64,000 nucleotides of DNA from Podarcis gaigeae. Taxonomy: Eukaryota. Both the position numbers and the translations under genes were made by a program. Location: the NCBI GenBank assembly GCA_964106915.2, contig OZ066924.1; one strand, written 5' to 3'. The notes under the pieces are model-generated. The model saw only the letters and a list, made by a program, of their open reading frames with translations, was not told where the DNA came from and did no database searches. Positions 24,322 through 38,881 of the stretch are shown piece after piece; positions within the stretch are counted from its first letter, which is position 1, and every line of letters begins with the position of its first letter.

Positions 24322-25014
24322 ATCTACATGAACTCCATGAAAGCTAGCATAATGCTGTGATTGAAATACTGTAACTAGACAGCCTATTCTATCCTTTTAA
24401 ATGAAAGGAGAATTGAAAGCTGCAAGGATTCCCAGTTCCCAGCAGCAAGAACGGGTGGCTAAGGGCACAGAAAGAGAGTTCATCCCAATACCACTCTGAT
24501 GCCATTTTCCAGTCAATGTTTCATGAATGTTGCACAGCTTGCACAGAAGTGGTCTTGGAGAGTGCAACTTTGCTGTTTTCTTTTTTCAAACCTTTTGACT
24601 AGAGTCCCTCCCCCTACATTTTTATTAAAACAAAGATGACAGCAGAGCTACATAATATTTTAATCAGGGATAGCCTCCATGGAGCCCCCTCCAGCTGTTG
24701 CTGGACTACAATTCCCATCAGCCCAAGCCAGTATGGCCAATGACTGAAGAACATGGGAGCTGATGAATTCTTTCAATTTCCATTCTACTAAGACTAATTC
24801 CATCAATCAGTGGGACTTTAAACCAATTATTCTAGCTCATCATATCCATTCTGAAAGTACTACTACATAACTCTGTTTGAAAGGTAGGGTTTAGAATTTA
24901 CATCTTGCCTCTTAACCAACAACGTGCCTTCTTCTGATCAATGCAAGCAACACACTATGTTCTACACAATTAAAAACAAGGTATTGATTTCCAAAAACCC
25001 ATTTTCAAACTCAC

Positions 25015-25104
25015 CTGCCAAAATTGGCTGGTAAGAACTCAAGAAAAGCATCATTCAGATATAGCTGTGTTAGATTTAACAACTGTGAAAATCCATCTGG
25101 AAGC
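25015..25104 (-). CDS. ERBIN: ERBIN exon 6, [29 protein letters not shown](R)
   Basis: 90 nt; ctAG|G...CAG|gtgagt. Confidence 0.96.
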
Positions 25105-25229
25105 CTAGACAAATTTAAACACATAAAAATTAGCAAACACAAGATCATACGCCTCATTTCAAAACACACTTTTGTTCACTACTCACTGCTCAATGGACAT
25201 GATATAATTTAAACAACAAAACAACTTAC

Positions 25230-25308
25230 TTTGAAATGGGGTTTACGCTGGCCTCAACAATTGCCAAAACTTTACAGTTTTTTATATTTTCTGGAAACTC
25301 CTGTATGC
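25230..25308 (-). CDS. ERBIN: ERBIN exon 5, (G)[25 protein letters not shown](K)
   Basis: 79 nt; tacAG|GC...AA|gtaagt; phase fits neighbours. Confidence 0.96.
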
Positions 25309-25485
25309 CTGTAAAAGTAGACAGCACAAATGCACATAAGAAAAAATCTGCAATAACCAAAATAATGGCAACTTAATTTTCTGAGATTATGCTGCTACTT
25401 TGCACAACTACATGACTTCTGTTTCACAGCCAATAGAGTTTCAGAGCTTCTGCTCAAGCTCTGGAGTAATGCGCTCTAATTATTA

Positions 25486-25702
25486 CAGTCGTACCTCCGC
25501 TTATGCATCCCTCTGGGTACGTAAACTTCGGGATGCGAACGCAACAAACCCAGAAGTATTTTTCTGGGTTTCGCCAAGAGCGCATGCGCACAAGTGTTCT
25601 ACGCGCCAAGCGCATGCGCACAAGCGGTCCTCTGGTTGCAAATTCCTCGGGATGCGGTCAGACCTCCGGAATGGATCCCGTTCGCAACTGGAGGTACCCC
25701 TG
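25486..25702. mobile_element. Tigger/pogo-like MITE (GCGCATGCGC-containing family)
   Basis: ta|cagtcgtacctcc ... ggaggtacccctg|ta. Confidence 0.85.
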
Positions 25703-28700
25703 TATTGTGAAAAGCACAGCAGCTTGCGTGGACCTCATGTATTTCAGTGAATTTTCAAAAGCATCTGAATCAAGGTCTTCACTAGCTTTAATTAGGGATG
25801 CCTGCATGCTGCTGTTCCTTGGAACTATAGAAAAGTAACAGAATGTGGTTTTAGTGGTCTTGGTTTTCATCTTAAAAAATCAGCCTTCTGACAAATTGTA
25901 AATTAGACTTGAAAGTGAGCAGTAATGCCTGGTAAAATCTCAGAAGCCAGAGTTGCTACTGAATAAAATTTCTGGTTGTCAAATAGCAAAGCTTCAACCT
26001 TTTGTAGAGTGCTCTGCCCTTCCTCATGACTAACAGAAGCAAAATTATACAAAAAATGACATCATAACTAAGTTAAATAATGCAAATTTCATTGGTTTCT
26101 ACAACTTGTGCAGGTTGTAGAATTCATATTTTCTTGTTACTTAGATGCTATACTATCCTAAGGTTGACCTCAGTGGGATATGGCTGATGCCTAGAGATAC
26201 CAGTTGCAGTTGCATTATACACTGAATTCAGTTGTCTGACATTTCATTTATGAATTATTAATTGTACATCTGTAGGAATGGCTTTTTGTTTTTAAGAGTT
26301 TGTGTTTTATCTTGTTATCTTGTTGTACACTGCTTTTATGGCCTCAGGCTGTGAAGTAGTTTATACATTTATAGAATACGTACATACATAAAGCAGAAAG
26401 GAAAAGGAGTTTAATGAGCACAGGAACACAGTGTCAGACATAATCTCTGAGGCACCATTATTCTGCTTATGTATTATTGGAGCCAATGATAATTAATACA
26501 GAAACCAATCCTTCTTGTGATGTTTTAAAATAAGCATTTAGCATGTTAATCAGAGATAATGAAATGAAGCAGTTATTCAAGGGAAAATGATTTAGGAGGT
26601 AGACATACTACTTTGGCCCTTAAAAACTGACTAAAGGGAAACAATAGTACAAATCTGAATGCCACAGTGTTCAGCTTGAGAGAAACTTTTTTTTTTCATC
26701 ACACCACAAAACATTCATTTAAACAAAGTGCATAATGGATAGCTACATGCACACTAAAAATGGAAATATGTTCAAGAAATTATATTTCTTAAGTTCCCAA
26801 GTTAATAAAGCTCCAACAAAAATTTGAAGTTTTCATGTATTGGCTTAGCATGAAGCTTTAAAAGAAGACTATTCATGAATACATCCATCTTGCAATGTTT
26901 GGACATCTTTGACGCACAACCATAGCACCTTCTGAATCTAAAGTTCTTCTTAGCATATTATTTATGATGTTTCCATACTACTTCCACATATCTATGGTGT
27001 ACGTGTTATTAAATTACATCACTGCCATTCCTGATGCTAAACAAGCTATCCAATACGTGTCCAGCATTGAATTTATGAATGCCCACGGGAGAGGGAGGGA
27101 AGTAATCAGAAACATTTTCCTGCCCCATACAGTTTAATGAGCCAAAGCAGACTGGACATGGGAGATCCACAATTGGATTTATTCAAGTATTTTTGTCTAA
27201 AAGAGCCAGAAGGTGGTAGAACTGTACCGGGTGGAACCTTTGCCCCATGAAGTATAGGTGAACCTCTCTTATTTAAAGGTTTTCACTGCTGTCTCCACCT
27301 GTGTTGTATTTAAATGACCATATTGTAGGCCTGTATGTGTACATAATGTATATATTGCAGGAACAAGGCACTCTTAAAGACATGAGAAATAAGCCAAAGC
27401 CATGAAATGTGGCATGGGAATTTTCCATTGTGTTCTATGGACAATGGTCTGCACATTCCCAGGAATTCTCTACTGCATATTACCAAAACCTCCATGCACA
27501 CATTCATGTTGAAAATAACTTTATGTTGTGGCCCAGCACACATAATAATAAACTTAATCATGGCTGATTTTTTGCTACAAATCCAAAATCTACAGCATGG
27601 TTCTAGTTTACCAGAACCAACCAAAATGTCTAAGAGTCATAAGCAGGCTTTTGAGTTCTCCAAAACTTTTTATCAGCCTGTTCATAAAACTCTGTGTGTG
27701 AGAGAGAGACATGATGCATTCCTGAAAGTCCACAGTGGATAAGGTGGGATAGCAGGAGGAGTTTCTCAGGTGTAAAAAAACTGCCTCACTCAATGCTGGG
27801 TAGGTTTTCTAGATGACACCATAGCTACAGGGACAAAAAGGCAAATACCCCATTTTGGAAATATTCTACAGGTTACTTGGATTGTCAGACTCCAGCACAA
27901 AGTCCTTGTAAGACAGAGAGCAGAGAAACAAAGTAGCCTTCGTATTATCAAAGCTGGATATTAATTGTAGGTGGTGTACTAGGCATGCGATCTTTTGAAA
28001 GGCACTTTTATGGAATATTTTATTGCTTCAATCTCATTTTTAACATTTAGGATAGCATGAATTTGGGTCTAAATGGTCTTGCAGTAGATTGCCATGGTAC
28101 TATCCCAAGGCCACTTTATGGCTTAACTCCAAATTATATGCCCATGACCTACTGTACTATACTAAGCAAACTTTTATCTATGTTACAGAGAAAATGTGTC
28201 ACTGATGCCCATGATACATATGAGATGGGAAGAAGTGAAGGTTGTACAGCTGTGAGATAATCTGTGCAATTTCCTTTAAGTCTTCTACATGACATGGCTG
28301 CAAGCTGTCTCCAGTTTCTCTCCATTCATTTGCCTAGTAAAGCTATCTAAGTGAAAATTCAAAAGTGGCAGCAGGCCAGAGCTACAATCCTGGTGGTCTG
28401 TCTTTCTCATTCAATGCTCTACAGAGAAGTGGTAGGGTGTGGAACTGTGCTCTCCTATAACACTCAATAAGTTTCTTATAAATTTAGGAAAGTTAGATAT
28501 GGCAAAAATTACAGCACATACCAAAATAATTAAGGCAGTATAACAATAATTCCTACCCAATTCCCAAGGCAGTCTGAAGATCCTAACCCCATAAAGGAGG
28601 GAATACATTGTTTAAAGTTGCAGACATTACACACTGCAAATTTCAAGTCTCAAAACAGTATTAAAACACATTAAATGATGCCAATTCTCAGCTGGTAGCT

Positions 28701-29143
28701 TTTTATTACAAACAGGAACGCACAGGAATCATCTTGGCTGTGAGTCCTGGAAGACCTGCTCCCTGCCTTGCTGGCCATTTCCCACCTGGCCTGGGAGGAT
28801 GAGTCCTTATTGACTCCTGCTGCAAAAGCAGAGGCTGCTGAACAGACTCTTGGGCTGTAGTATTGTTTAGGGGGTTGTTGTGGTTTTTTTGTTGCTGTTT
28901 ATGTCACACACAGAGAGAGATTTTATTATGATTTATGTGGAAATTGTTTCAATTTGGTTGTGTAATTTTTAATGTTTTATATTTATTGTTTATAACTGAC
29001 TTTGCTATGTTTGTAATCATGTAAATCTTTTCATGTTGTAAGTTGCCATGAGCATGGCTTTAACTATGGAAAGGCAGCATACAAATAAAATGATGATGAT
29101 AACAGCATAAATCTTGGTTATACTTATTTGGTAATGGGGCATA

Positions 29144-29385
29144 CAGTGGTACCTCGGGTTAAGTACTTAATTCGTTCCAGAGGTCCGTACTTAACCTGAA
29201 ACTGTTCTTAACCTGAAGCACCACTTTAGCTAATGGGGCCTTCTGCTGCTGCCGTGCTGCCGGAGCACGATTTCTGTTCTCATCCTGAAGCAAAGTTCTT
29301 AACCTGAAGCACTATTTCTGGGTTAGCGGAGTCTCTAACCTAAAGCGTATGTAACCTGAAGCGAATGTAACCTGAGGTACCACTC
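29144..29385. mobile_element. Tigger/pogo-like MITE
   Basis: ta|cagtggtacctcgggtta ... taacctgaggtaccactc|ta; near-identical copies at 39067 and 54942. Confidence 0.9.
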
Positions 29386-31783
29386 TATTTTGGAATGTTT
29401 GCCAGATACCTAAAGTTTTCAGGCATTAAACTGAAACACTCAATATCAAATATAAAAGGGAAGATAAGAGAATCCATACAAGTCTCTGTGAGCTCTCAAT
29501 AGCTTTTAGAAACCTGCATACTTAACACTTTAAATTTAGACCATATATTCATTTGTAGAATAATGGGATTTGCAATGGCAACCAAGAAGAGACCAAGAAA
29601 ATTAGGTGCTTCCTGCATCCTATTCACTTCACGTTTACATGTTCATTTAATCTGCTGGCTTGAAGATCTGGGGTTTTAATATTGAGGGCTCTTGGACTTT
29701 TATGTGATTTCTGCACTAGGTTAAACAATGTGTTGGTCAGCTTATTTAGTAATTGATCTTGGGTTTTTTTTTGAAATTTTAAATTTAATGTTTGTGCTTA
29801 CTGAAGTTGTGTTTTATATCTATGGTAAGCAGTTTTGAGAGGAAGAGCAAGGAGGATCAGCTGAACCAACCTAAACAAGAAAGTGCCTACTCAGCTATCC
29901 TATAGCCCTTCCGGCAAATAATTCCTCCTGTCCAGGTGAGTGTGCAAATGTGGACTAGGTTCTCTCCTCATCACTAATTGGCAGGGGAGCAAAAACACTG
30001 AGAGTCAAAAGAGTAGCATTCTTAGCACTCTCCAGCCTTTACTGCAAATGGGAGGAAGCTTATCCCAATCTTCAATATTATTACAGTATCGAGCTGCAAG
30101 AATCCAATTTAATACACAAGGTTAATCATTAAGATTGTAACAGGTGCACTGATCCTCAGAGGAGGAATATAGAAGGAAACGACAAGTAGAATGTGAGCAA
30201 TTTAAACCAGGTATGTACGTTTTCCAAAAAAACCTGACATCCAAAGTTAGTTTCAAATCTGTGCTGTATCTTCCCTGCGGCACTCTCAGGTACATAGTTG
30301 TCTGATACAACCTTCATACCATCTGCATGGATAATTTCTCCCATTCACTTTCTGAGGGGTGCGGAGACTGTTTTAACTACCTCTGAGCTTGAAACACAAG
30401 CAGCTTGCTAAACTTACATTTCAAAAAGGCCCCTCACTGTGACATGTAAAAAATTATAAGCTTAAGATATACAAATACATTTACACAGGCGGAATCCACT
30501 TCCTATATCCTCAAGACTGATACAGTACTGTGACCATTTGCTTTTCTTTTATACAGCTTTCAATGTGTGTGTGAATAGCAATGTCATGACTTAACCATCT
30601 TTTCCATAGGTCATCTTTTCTTAAAGATACCTTCTGCTTATAGTCACCCGGCTTAAACAGCAGCTGCTCAGACATGCCATGTACAGCCTCAGGCCAATGT
30701 TCCAGTAATACAGCATTCACACACAAGGCTTTATGTCTCATCCACTCTCATTCCAAGCCCCGAATAGTCTTAATGTGCCTGAGAACTGAAGTTGTGTGTT
30801 GAGCTGTGAAGGGACAATAGATTTTCTTTTTCTAATTTTCTCTCTCATACCAAGCACATAGATAGAAGTGAGGGGGCAATGGACTGTCTCATCCTTGAAA
30901 TAACTAGAAGCCGTGCAAAAAGCAGCTTGCCAGCGCCTCTTGAGCCAGGTTGGCAACCCATTTATAAATGGCAAGAACGAACTTTCTTCAAGGCAATTTA
31001 CACAATAAGAGATTACCCTGAGGTTCTCAGCTGCACAAAGTTAACAGAACAGTCTGTCTTACAAACTTATGAAACTTAATTAAGAAAATAGTAGGCATGT
31101 GGCCAGATTCCAATAGAAGCATTGCCTTCTACGAGAAAACATTAAGGGAACAGAGCTTAAAAGACTGTCTCCTAGCTCAGGTTTATGCAAAATATTTATA
31201 TTTGTGACAGCAGGGAGGCAAAATCTCAGTAAGAGATACATTAAAAAGCAGAAAAGGAAACACCCTGCACTCATTGCAGCTTACACTGAACACTGTGAAA
31301 GTGATTGATAGTTGTTCACATGTTTGGTTTTAACTACAGGAAAAGGAATATAAGTGAATTGTCACCATACCAGCTAGACAAAATGGTGACTGTGGAGACT
31401 GCAAACCAAGTGGCAGCTAATTCAATAGCTACTTCCTATTGACTGGTAGCAGAAAAGTAAGCTAGATTCCAATTATTTATAATGATTTACTTACTCTCTC
31501 CACACACATTGCAGCTTTTCACAAGCAATATCAAACTATGCAAGAATGAGCATAAAGTTTGTAAACTCACTTTCCCCACCCACCCTCTGAGATCCTGAAT
31601 CCGAGTCCTAATTTCACAGCAAAATGCAGCTTCAGCTGGTTTGTTTCAACAGTCAAAAATATGATTTGCTGCTGTGTGAAAACCAAGTTTATAAACCATT
31701 GTTTGGTCATGCTTTTAAGGCAAGTGTAAACCATACTTCGGAAAACCATTCTATTCCAGCAGGCATTTTAAGTTGTATTACGT

Positions 31784-32028
31784 CAGCAGACTTTTTCAGC
31801 AGGGGGCCAGTCCACTGTCCCTCAGACCTTTTGGGGGGCCAGACTATATTTTGAAGAAAAAAACATGAACAAATTCCTATGCCCCACAAATAACTCTGAG
31901 ATGCATTTTAAATAAAAGCACACATTATACTAATGTAAAAACACGCTGATTCCCAGACCGTCTGCAGGCCAGATTGAGAAGGCGATTGGGCCGGATTTGG
32001 CCCCTGGGCCTTAGTTTGGCTACCCATG
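31784..32028. mobile_element. hAT (Charlie-like) non-autonomous element
   Basis: 8-bp TSD tattacgt (31776-31783, 32029-32036); right end gggccttagtttggctacccatg. Confidence 0.75.
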
Positions 32029-34279
32029 TATTACGTCTATGGAATCTATTATTTTACCTGTGCTTTATGTTTAAAACCCCTTATTATTTGATTAATTATT
32101 TGATTGCTATGTAAACCATTTTGTGACCATCTATGGTGTAAAATGGTCTATAATATTCTAAATAAAAATAAAAAATTAACTGTTTTGGTTTTCTGCTGCA
32201 CTAAAATGAGGTGAGGGGGAGGAAACCGTGCTCAGTCCTGAGATTCTGGGCTAATTAAATCTGAACAGCTAAAATATTATCTCACATTGCTATTGAAGTA
32301 CCAAAACTGTTTGATATTTACAACACTAGCCAAGTTAATCAAAAGCTTGCACTAGTTCACCTCAAATACACCAGTTACCAATAGAACTCATAATACTGTC
32401 AATATGCATTACACAAGAGTAGCAATGTTTTTTAAAAAATGTATTTTTGTTTCTGGATTTGGCTTTTAACTATTTTTCTTCACCAGCCTCAGGCATGTGG
32501 CAAAAGCTCTTAAGGAGCAACTGAGTTCTATGCCAGTTTTCCCTAAGCTTGGAAGAGTGGGAATGAGTTCTCTGCCAGACTGCCCTGAGCCATCACTCAG
32601 CTTGGGTGTCTGACAAGAGAGCAATCAAATGCAAAATTGCAATCTCCACTATAGTTTCCTCCTATTTGCCTATTATAGTCCACTGCAGTTTAGGGATGTA
32701 TCTTCTGAAGAAGAAGAAGACGCTTGTCTCACCAATGTTATTCTATTAACATTTGAAATAGTACACAATAATATATTACTTCCCTAGGCGTGTAGAAGGA
32801 TCAGAATGAATTGCTGATAAATCAAGGAGAATCTACAAACCAGAAGCAAACAAACCCAGACTATTACATTAATTGGACAGGTATACATGCTAATGTTACT
32901 GTCATTGACCAAAGCTATAAAACATCTGAAGCAATAGGATCTGGACAGGCTGATTAATAGATCAGAGAGACCAGTATGTTTGCTGAAAAAAATACCACTT
33001 CTATTGAATTATTTCACTAACAGAAAATAAAGTGTTGCCCGAATACTCTCTCTAGTTTTAGCATTTAAACATTTAAGCACACATTTTCAAGCCTTTCCTT
33101 TGATTTTCAGCAGTGGTAACTTGGTCTAAAAATGACTGCATTGGGGTCTTATTTTGATTCTGGCACTCCATTCAGGTCAGTTCTCTGCCTACATCCCAGT
33201 GTGATCCTTCTGATTTGCCAAGTATGGTTTCTTGATTATTCTACATATATTCCAAGCTGAGAGACCAAGGCACTTTTCAACAGTTGCCTCACAGCTATGA
33301 AATTCCTCTCACTTCAGACTTGTCAGAGGCCAAGCTTAAGTGTGCGCATTCTAGGAATATTTCAAGTTTTAAAATGTGTTGACTGCTGGAGCCTATAGGG
33401 GGGAGATTTATGGGGGGGTTATAATCACCTTAGTCTATTATTTATTTTAACTTATTCTATACAACCATTCAGGTTTTTTTTAAAAACTGCTCACAGCAGT
33501 TGTAAACAATCCTGAATAAATGGGGGGGGGGGAACAAGACACAAAAGTAATCAATTTAAAAAATCCAGCAACTGATAAGAAAGCACATTGAAAACAACAG
33601 ATATAAACTAAGTAACATGCTAGAAGCCATGGTTAAAAAGTTTTAGGGAATTAACAAGTGACAGAAATCAATGTTTTACAAGCTAGAAAGTAAGTTTTAA
33701 TGCTCTTAGTTCAAATCAATAGCCTAAGGAGATGTGAAGAAAAGGTCACATAGGAGTTGCAAGCATCCAGCAAAAAACTAGGTCAACTTTTGAGCGTTGT
33801 GATTTTGCCCTGCATTGACAGGAAGCAAAAGTGGTATTTGGTTTAGGTACACAACTGTGCCTCTGTATAGCATGGCATTTGAAGTAAGGCCGAGAATACA
33901 GACAACAGAAAGGGAAAACCCTACATAACAATACCACAAGATTATTAATTAAGAGGAATGGGAAGGAATTCAACTTCTGTGTCCATCAGCACAAGGATTT
34001 TCCCTTGTGCAGCAGATCTTTCCCTGCTGTCTTCTCACTGTGCAGGTCCTGAACCCTTGCCACATCTACCCCAGAGCTTTGTGGGAATGTTTAGAACAGA
34101 TCGGAGTGGGGTGAGGGGAGGGGAATGAGAAGTCATGTTCACTTAGAACTATGTTAGAGACAAACAATATTTTTTTTTACAGAAACTCAACTATTACAGG
34201 TCAATCAAAAAACTGAAATTTATACACTGATACAGCCTTGCTCTTCAGTGCTTTTGATTGTTTTAACAAAAAAACTCAC

Positions 34280-34397
34280 CATTCTTGCTGACATCCAGTT
34301 CCCTGAGGTTAATGAGATTTGCTATGGATGCAGGCAATGTTGTTAGATCATTGTCCGGCAAACTCAACTTGTGCAGAGACTGACAGTTAAAAAGTTG
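34280..34397 (-). CDS. ERBIN: ERBIN exon 4, [39 protein letters not shown](G)
   Basis: 118 nt; AG|CAA...AATG|gtgagt; LRR consensus. Confidence 0.96.
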
Positions 34398-36240
34398 CTA
34401 TTGAGACAAAGACCAAAAAAGAGAGCATATTATTCTAATATGCTAGGTTTAAACTTCTTAAAGCCCAGCTACTGAGTCAAAGAAATGATATAGTGTTCAA
34501 AATAATCTGCAAGAAATATTTTACGTTCCATGATTTTGAAGCTATTAATCACAAACAAATAACCAAAGCTAATCTAAACCAAGCTAAAGCTAAGCTAAAC
34601 CAAAGCAAGAGTTTTAAAGGACACTACAAATATTCTTATAAAATTGTTGGCAAAAAACCTACTTCATAATAATTATTTATTAAGTATTAATCTGTCTATA
34701 CTGATAATCTGTATTTTAAAGCAAAAAACAAATTGTTAACAAATTAATAACACAGCATGACACTCCTTTCTGGTGAACACATGTGTAAAACATACTAAAG
34801 TTTACCAAAAAAAACAACCCCCAAAATCCACAGCTCTTCATAGTTAATATTCAAAACTGATCCCACTCCAGGAAGAAACACAGTTAAATGCATTTAGGGA
34901 AACATGGCTAGAAGCCATGAGAGGCAAAAAAGCAGTGGAGTCTTGTAAACACTGTAGCTGTTGTAGATCCTAGAATCCCTTGAAAACTTCTTGCAATTCA
35001 AAGCCCACAAGTCCTGAATTTATGACATGTTTCATGGTAACCAACCTAGAAGATGTCAAATCATGAGCAGAGAGAAGATTATCTCATGAAATGAAAGTGA
35101 GATTGGAATCAAGGACTGTGTACATCAGATCACTTTACAGACGAACCCTTGAAAGCCAGGGATTATCTCCAAACTGATTATGGAACAGAGACCAGTTTGC
35201 CCAAGGGCACCTAATGAATTAATGGCAGAGGCAACTTCAAACACGGGACTAGCAGATTTGTAGCTAAACCCCTTGTGTTCTTTAGTATCCTCCTGATTCA
35301 AAACAAGCAATCCATCACTGAGGACTACAATATATATATTGAGGGTAAGTCTATATATTGTGATAATTCTGGCCACTGGAGGAAAATGATAGATCTGAGA
35401 ACTAGAGTAGTATGGTGGTGAGAGCTGGATTAGAATGGGGAGACCATCTACACTTGGCCATGAAGTTCACTTGGGCTGCTCACCATCATTCAACCTAACC
35501 CATCTCACACAATGATTGTGAGGAACTATGTAATAAATAACAGTAAAGTAGTAAGTTACTAACATAAAATTTTTAAGCATTCAGATAAAATAAATAGCTA
35601 TTAACCTGATATGAGTTGTACATATTAATGAAATATAATTTTAGCTGGAGGTACTAAGAAAACATTGGTGTCTTGTTTAGAGACTCAGATTTTAGATTCC
35701 CACCCCCATCTTAAAATCACATGCCAAGGGGGTTTGAGGAAGCAGTTTGGCTTCAAAGGGCTTCCTCTGGTGCTTTAAATCTAAACCACTTCCTCTGCAG
35801 AGAAGAAAATGTTTCATTTTTAAACAGCATTTTCCCATCAGCAAAGAGTTAAAGGAGGTACCTATCTGAAAGTGTGCTCCCAGAGCCAATCAGCTGAATG
35901 CCACCCATAAAAGTTCAAAAGAGGTTGCTGAACAGCTGATACAGCAACCTCCTCTTAAAAAGCACTGTCAGTGCCATAACAATGTCAGGTGATTGACAGG
36001 TGGGTGGTCCCACCCATCTGTCAAAGTTGGCCGACCCCTGCCTTACCTCATGGTAACAAAGCAACTTTGCTGTTTTGAGGAGTGGTGGTGAAATTTGTCA
36101 CCCTCATGGCTTACAATTTTCTTCAGTAGTGGTTCTGGAACTTTTTAAAAAAGCTTTATTGTCCCATTGCCACAGGTGTATAGGGCCCCTCTTGGTGGTC
36201 TGACACCACTAATTTTCTTCGCAAATACCTTGGACATTAT

Positions 36241-36354
36241 GGGTTGTATTCCACTTTTATTCAGAGTAGACCCAATGAAATTAATGAACCCAAGTTTGTC
36301 ATGTTAATTTCAATGTGTCAACTTTGCATAAAAGTTATCAGTGAAATACAACCC
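36241..36354. mobile_element. Short palindromic MITE-like repeat
   Basis: Ends gggttgtatt / aatacaaccc; decayed relative near 53795. Confidence 0.55.
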
Positions 36355-36873
36355 AGTATCATTCCAGAAGAGAAAAAGTGACAACTGCTACCATCTCCCC
36401 AGAATGGTGGCTGCAGTTATGGCTCATCATTCCCACACACAAAAACACATGTTCAGGAATGACACTGCATTTGAGGTGCTTTGAGAAAAAGGTAAATGGT
36501 GTCCAGACTACTGAGACGGGAGTTCTGCTAATGCCACTCCCAATACTTGCATTGTAGCACAATAAGTACTATACAAAACACAAACAAAAACAGGTTACTG
36601 CTACCACTTCTAAAGGTAAGCTCCTCCTCTTCCCCATAATCAGAAAAATGGACCCCAAATTCACTGGCTGCAAATGAGGCTGCAAAATTCAGGTGCCATT
36701 TAATATTAACCATGGTTCACTTTGGTGTGGACCTGCACAGGACCAGAGAAGTATGTTCAGCAATACTGGCTATTGGTGTTATAAAGCAACTAGAAGATTA
36801 TCAGTCCATCCCCTGCCCTTGTGCACATGAGCACTCTTCTCTCACTCACTCACACAATTAGAAGATAACATAC

Positions 36874-37062
36874 CTTTGGAAGTTCTTCAATTTGATTAGC
36901 ATCTAAATAGAGTTCTTCCAATGTCTTTTCGAAAGTAAAAATCTCCTTCGGCACCTGCTCCAAGCTGCAGTGAGAGTAATCAAGCGCAGTGACAGTTTCT
37001 TCTTCTCCACGCAAACAGCGGCATGGCACCAACCGCACAAACAAGTTCCGCTTTGTTGTCAT
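36874..37062 (-). CDS. ERBIN: ERBIN exon 3 coding part (exon spans 36874-37071), MTTKR...EELPK
   Basis: Acceptor ttacaatAG|TGCCTGAAAATG, donor AAG|gtatgt, 189 nt coding. Contains Cys14/Cys16, the palmitoylation cysteines of mammalian Erbin. Confidence 0.97.
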
Positions 37063-37910
37063 TTTCAGGCACTATTGTAAAAAGAGGAAAACAAATCATT
37101 ATAAATATAGCAATAGACTTAGGATGCTGCACAAAATACTGCCATATACTTTAGCAAGGATAGAAAAGGTATGTAAAGGAAAAGGCCTTTGGACTAAAAA
37201 GTAGTATATAAATAAGCAATGCTGTATAAATATTAGTACTGTGAAAGCTAACAGTTACACAAATCTGGTTTTGGGTTTTTTTTTAAAGGTCATACCCATA
37301 CAGTTGTTCAAATTAAACTATCTCTCAGCAGAAAGAGTGACCTCTTCATGCTACTCTACTCTTTCATTAGAGTAGAATCCAGCCATGCAGTCAACTATAA
37401 CTTTACTCAACTTGCAAAGCATCAGGGTGTTCAGGGAGTAAATACTCAAATGTATATATCATGGTTTATATACATAAGCCTTGTGACCAGCCATTCCATA
37501 AGGGCACCACCCTATCCCCACCCCCTTCTCTGTGTGCTGTAAATCAGTACTAACCATGGCTGCTTTGCTTCTCTTCTAGTTCTTCTGCTGCTGCACTACT
37601 CAGAGCTAAGCCATATCCAAACTCAGACTCATAGTTTGTCTGTCTCAGACAAACAAGCAGTAAACCAAAAACAAACATATTTTGCCTGAAGCAAGTCAAA
37701 CCACAAGCCCAGGTTCAGATGCAATGCATCTAAACTAAACCATGGCTTACCTCCAGTTTAAAGTTTAATGGCTGGATTGATAGAACAATAAGAGGTAAAG
37801 GGCACAGCTAAGGGATTGCCTTTTTGAACATTTCTCTTCTTCCAGGCCTTTGTCTGGTTAAGCAATCTATGGCCTTTTAAACTTGGGGTGTGAGTGCGTT
37901 TGTTTGTTAT

Positions 37911-38837
37911 GGGGCCAACTCTCATCTCTTGCGGGGGCTCAGCTTGTGCCAGTGCCTTCTGTCAAGAGTTTGGGTGTAACCTTTGACGCCTCCCTCTCCA
38001 CGGAGGCGCAGGTTGCAGCTACTGCAAAGGCAGCATTTTTCCATCTCCGCCGTATCAAACAGTTGGTCCCTTACCTTTCCCGCCCTGATCTGGCCACAGT
38101 GATCCATGCGACGGTCACCTCCAGGCTTGACTACTGTAACTTGCTCTACACGGGGCTGCCCTTGAAGTTGTCCCAGAAACTCCAACGGGTGCAGAATGCT
38201 GCAGCGAGGCTCCTTATGGGGTCCTCGCCGTGGGACCACATTCACCCAGTGCTTTTCCAGCTGCACTGGCTCCCAATGGAGTACAGTATCAGGTTTAAGG
38301 TTCTGGTTTTTGAACTTTAAAGCCCTTTGCAGCCTAGGACCTTCGTACCTATGGGACCACCTCTCCTGGTATGCCCCACGGAGGACATTAAGGTCCATAA
38401 ATAGCAACACTCTAGAGTTCCTGGGCCCTAAGGAAGTCAGATTAGCCTCAACCTGGGCCAGGGCCTTTTCAACAATGGCTCCAGCCTGGTGGAACACTCT
38501 TGTCTCATGAGACCAGGGCCTTGCGGGATCTGATTTCTTTCTGCAGGGCCTGTAAGACAGAGTTGTTCCGCCTGGCCTTTGGCTTGGAATCTGCCTGATC
38601 CCCTCCCCCTCTTTCCTTTTCCTTCTGTGATGGAACCCCTATTTGGGGACTTCCCTGGCTTTTTTCTGGCCTACATAGGACCAGTCTGGATAGTTGGCCT
38701 TGATGAAGATCTGACAGTTTCTCCCCCCAAACAGTTTTTGATCTTCCACTGAAATGAGGCTGCATTTTAAGTTGTATTTTAATCAATTAGTTTTATACCT
38801 GATGTTAGCAGCCCTGAGCCCGGTCTTGGCCAGGGTA

Positions 38838-38881
<44 letters not shown>

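Noticed and set aside
37922-38497. 191-aa minus-strand ORF
   Set aside because: Antisense frame of the L2 ORF2 fragment.
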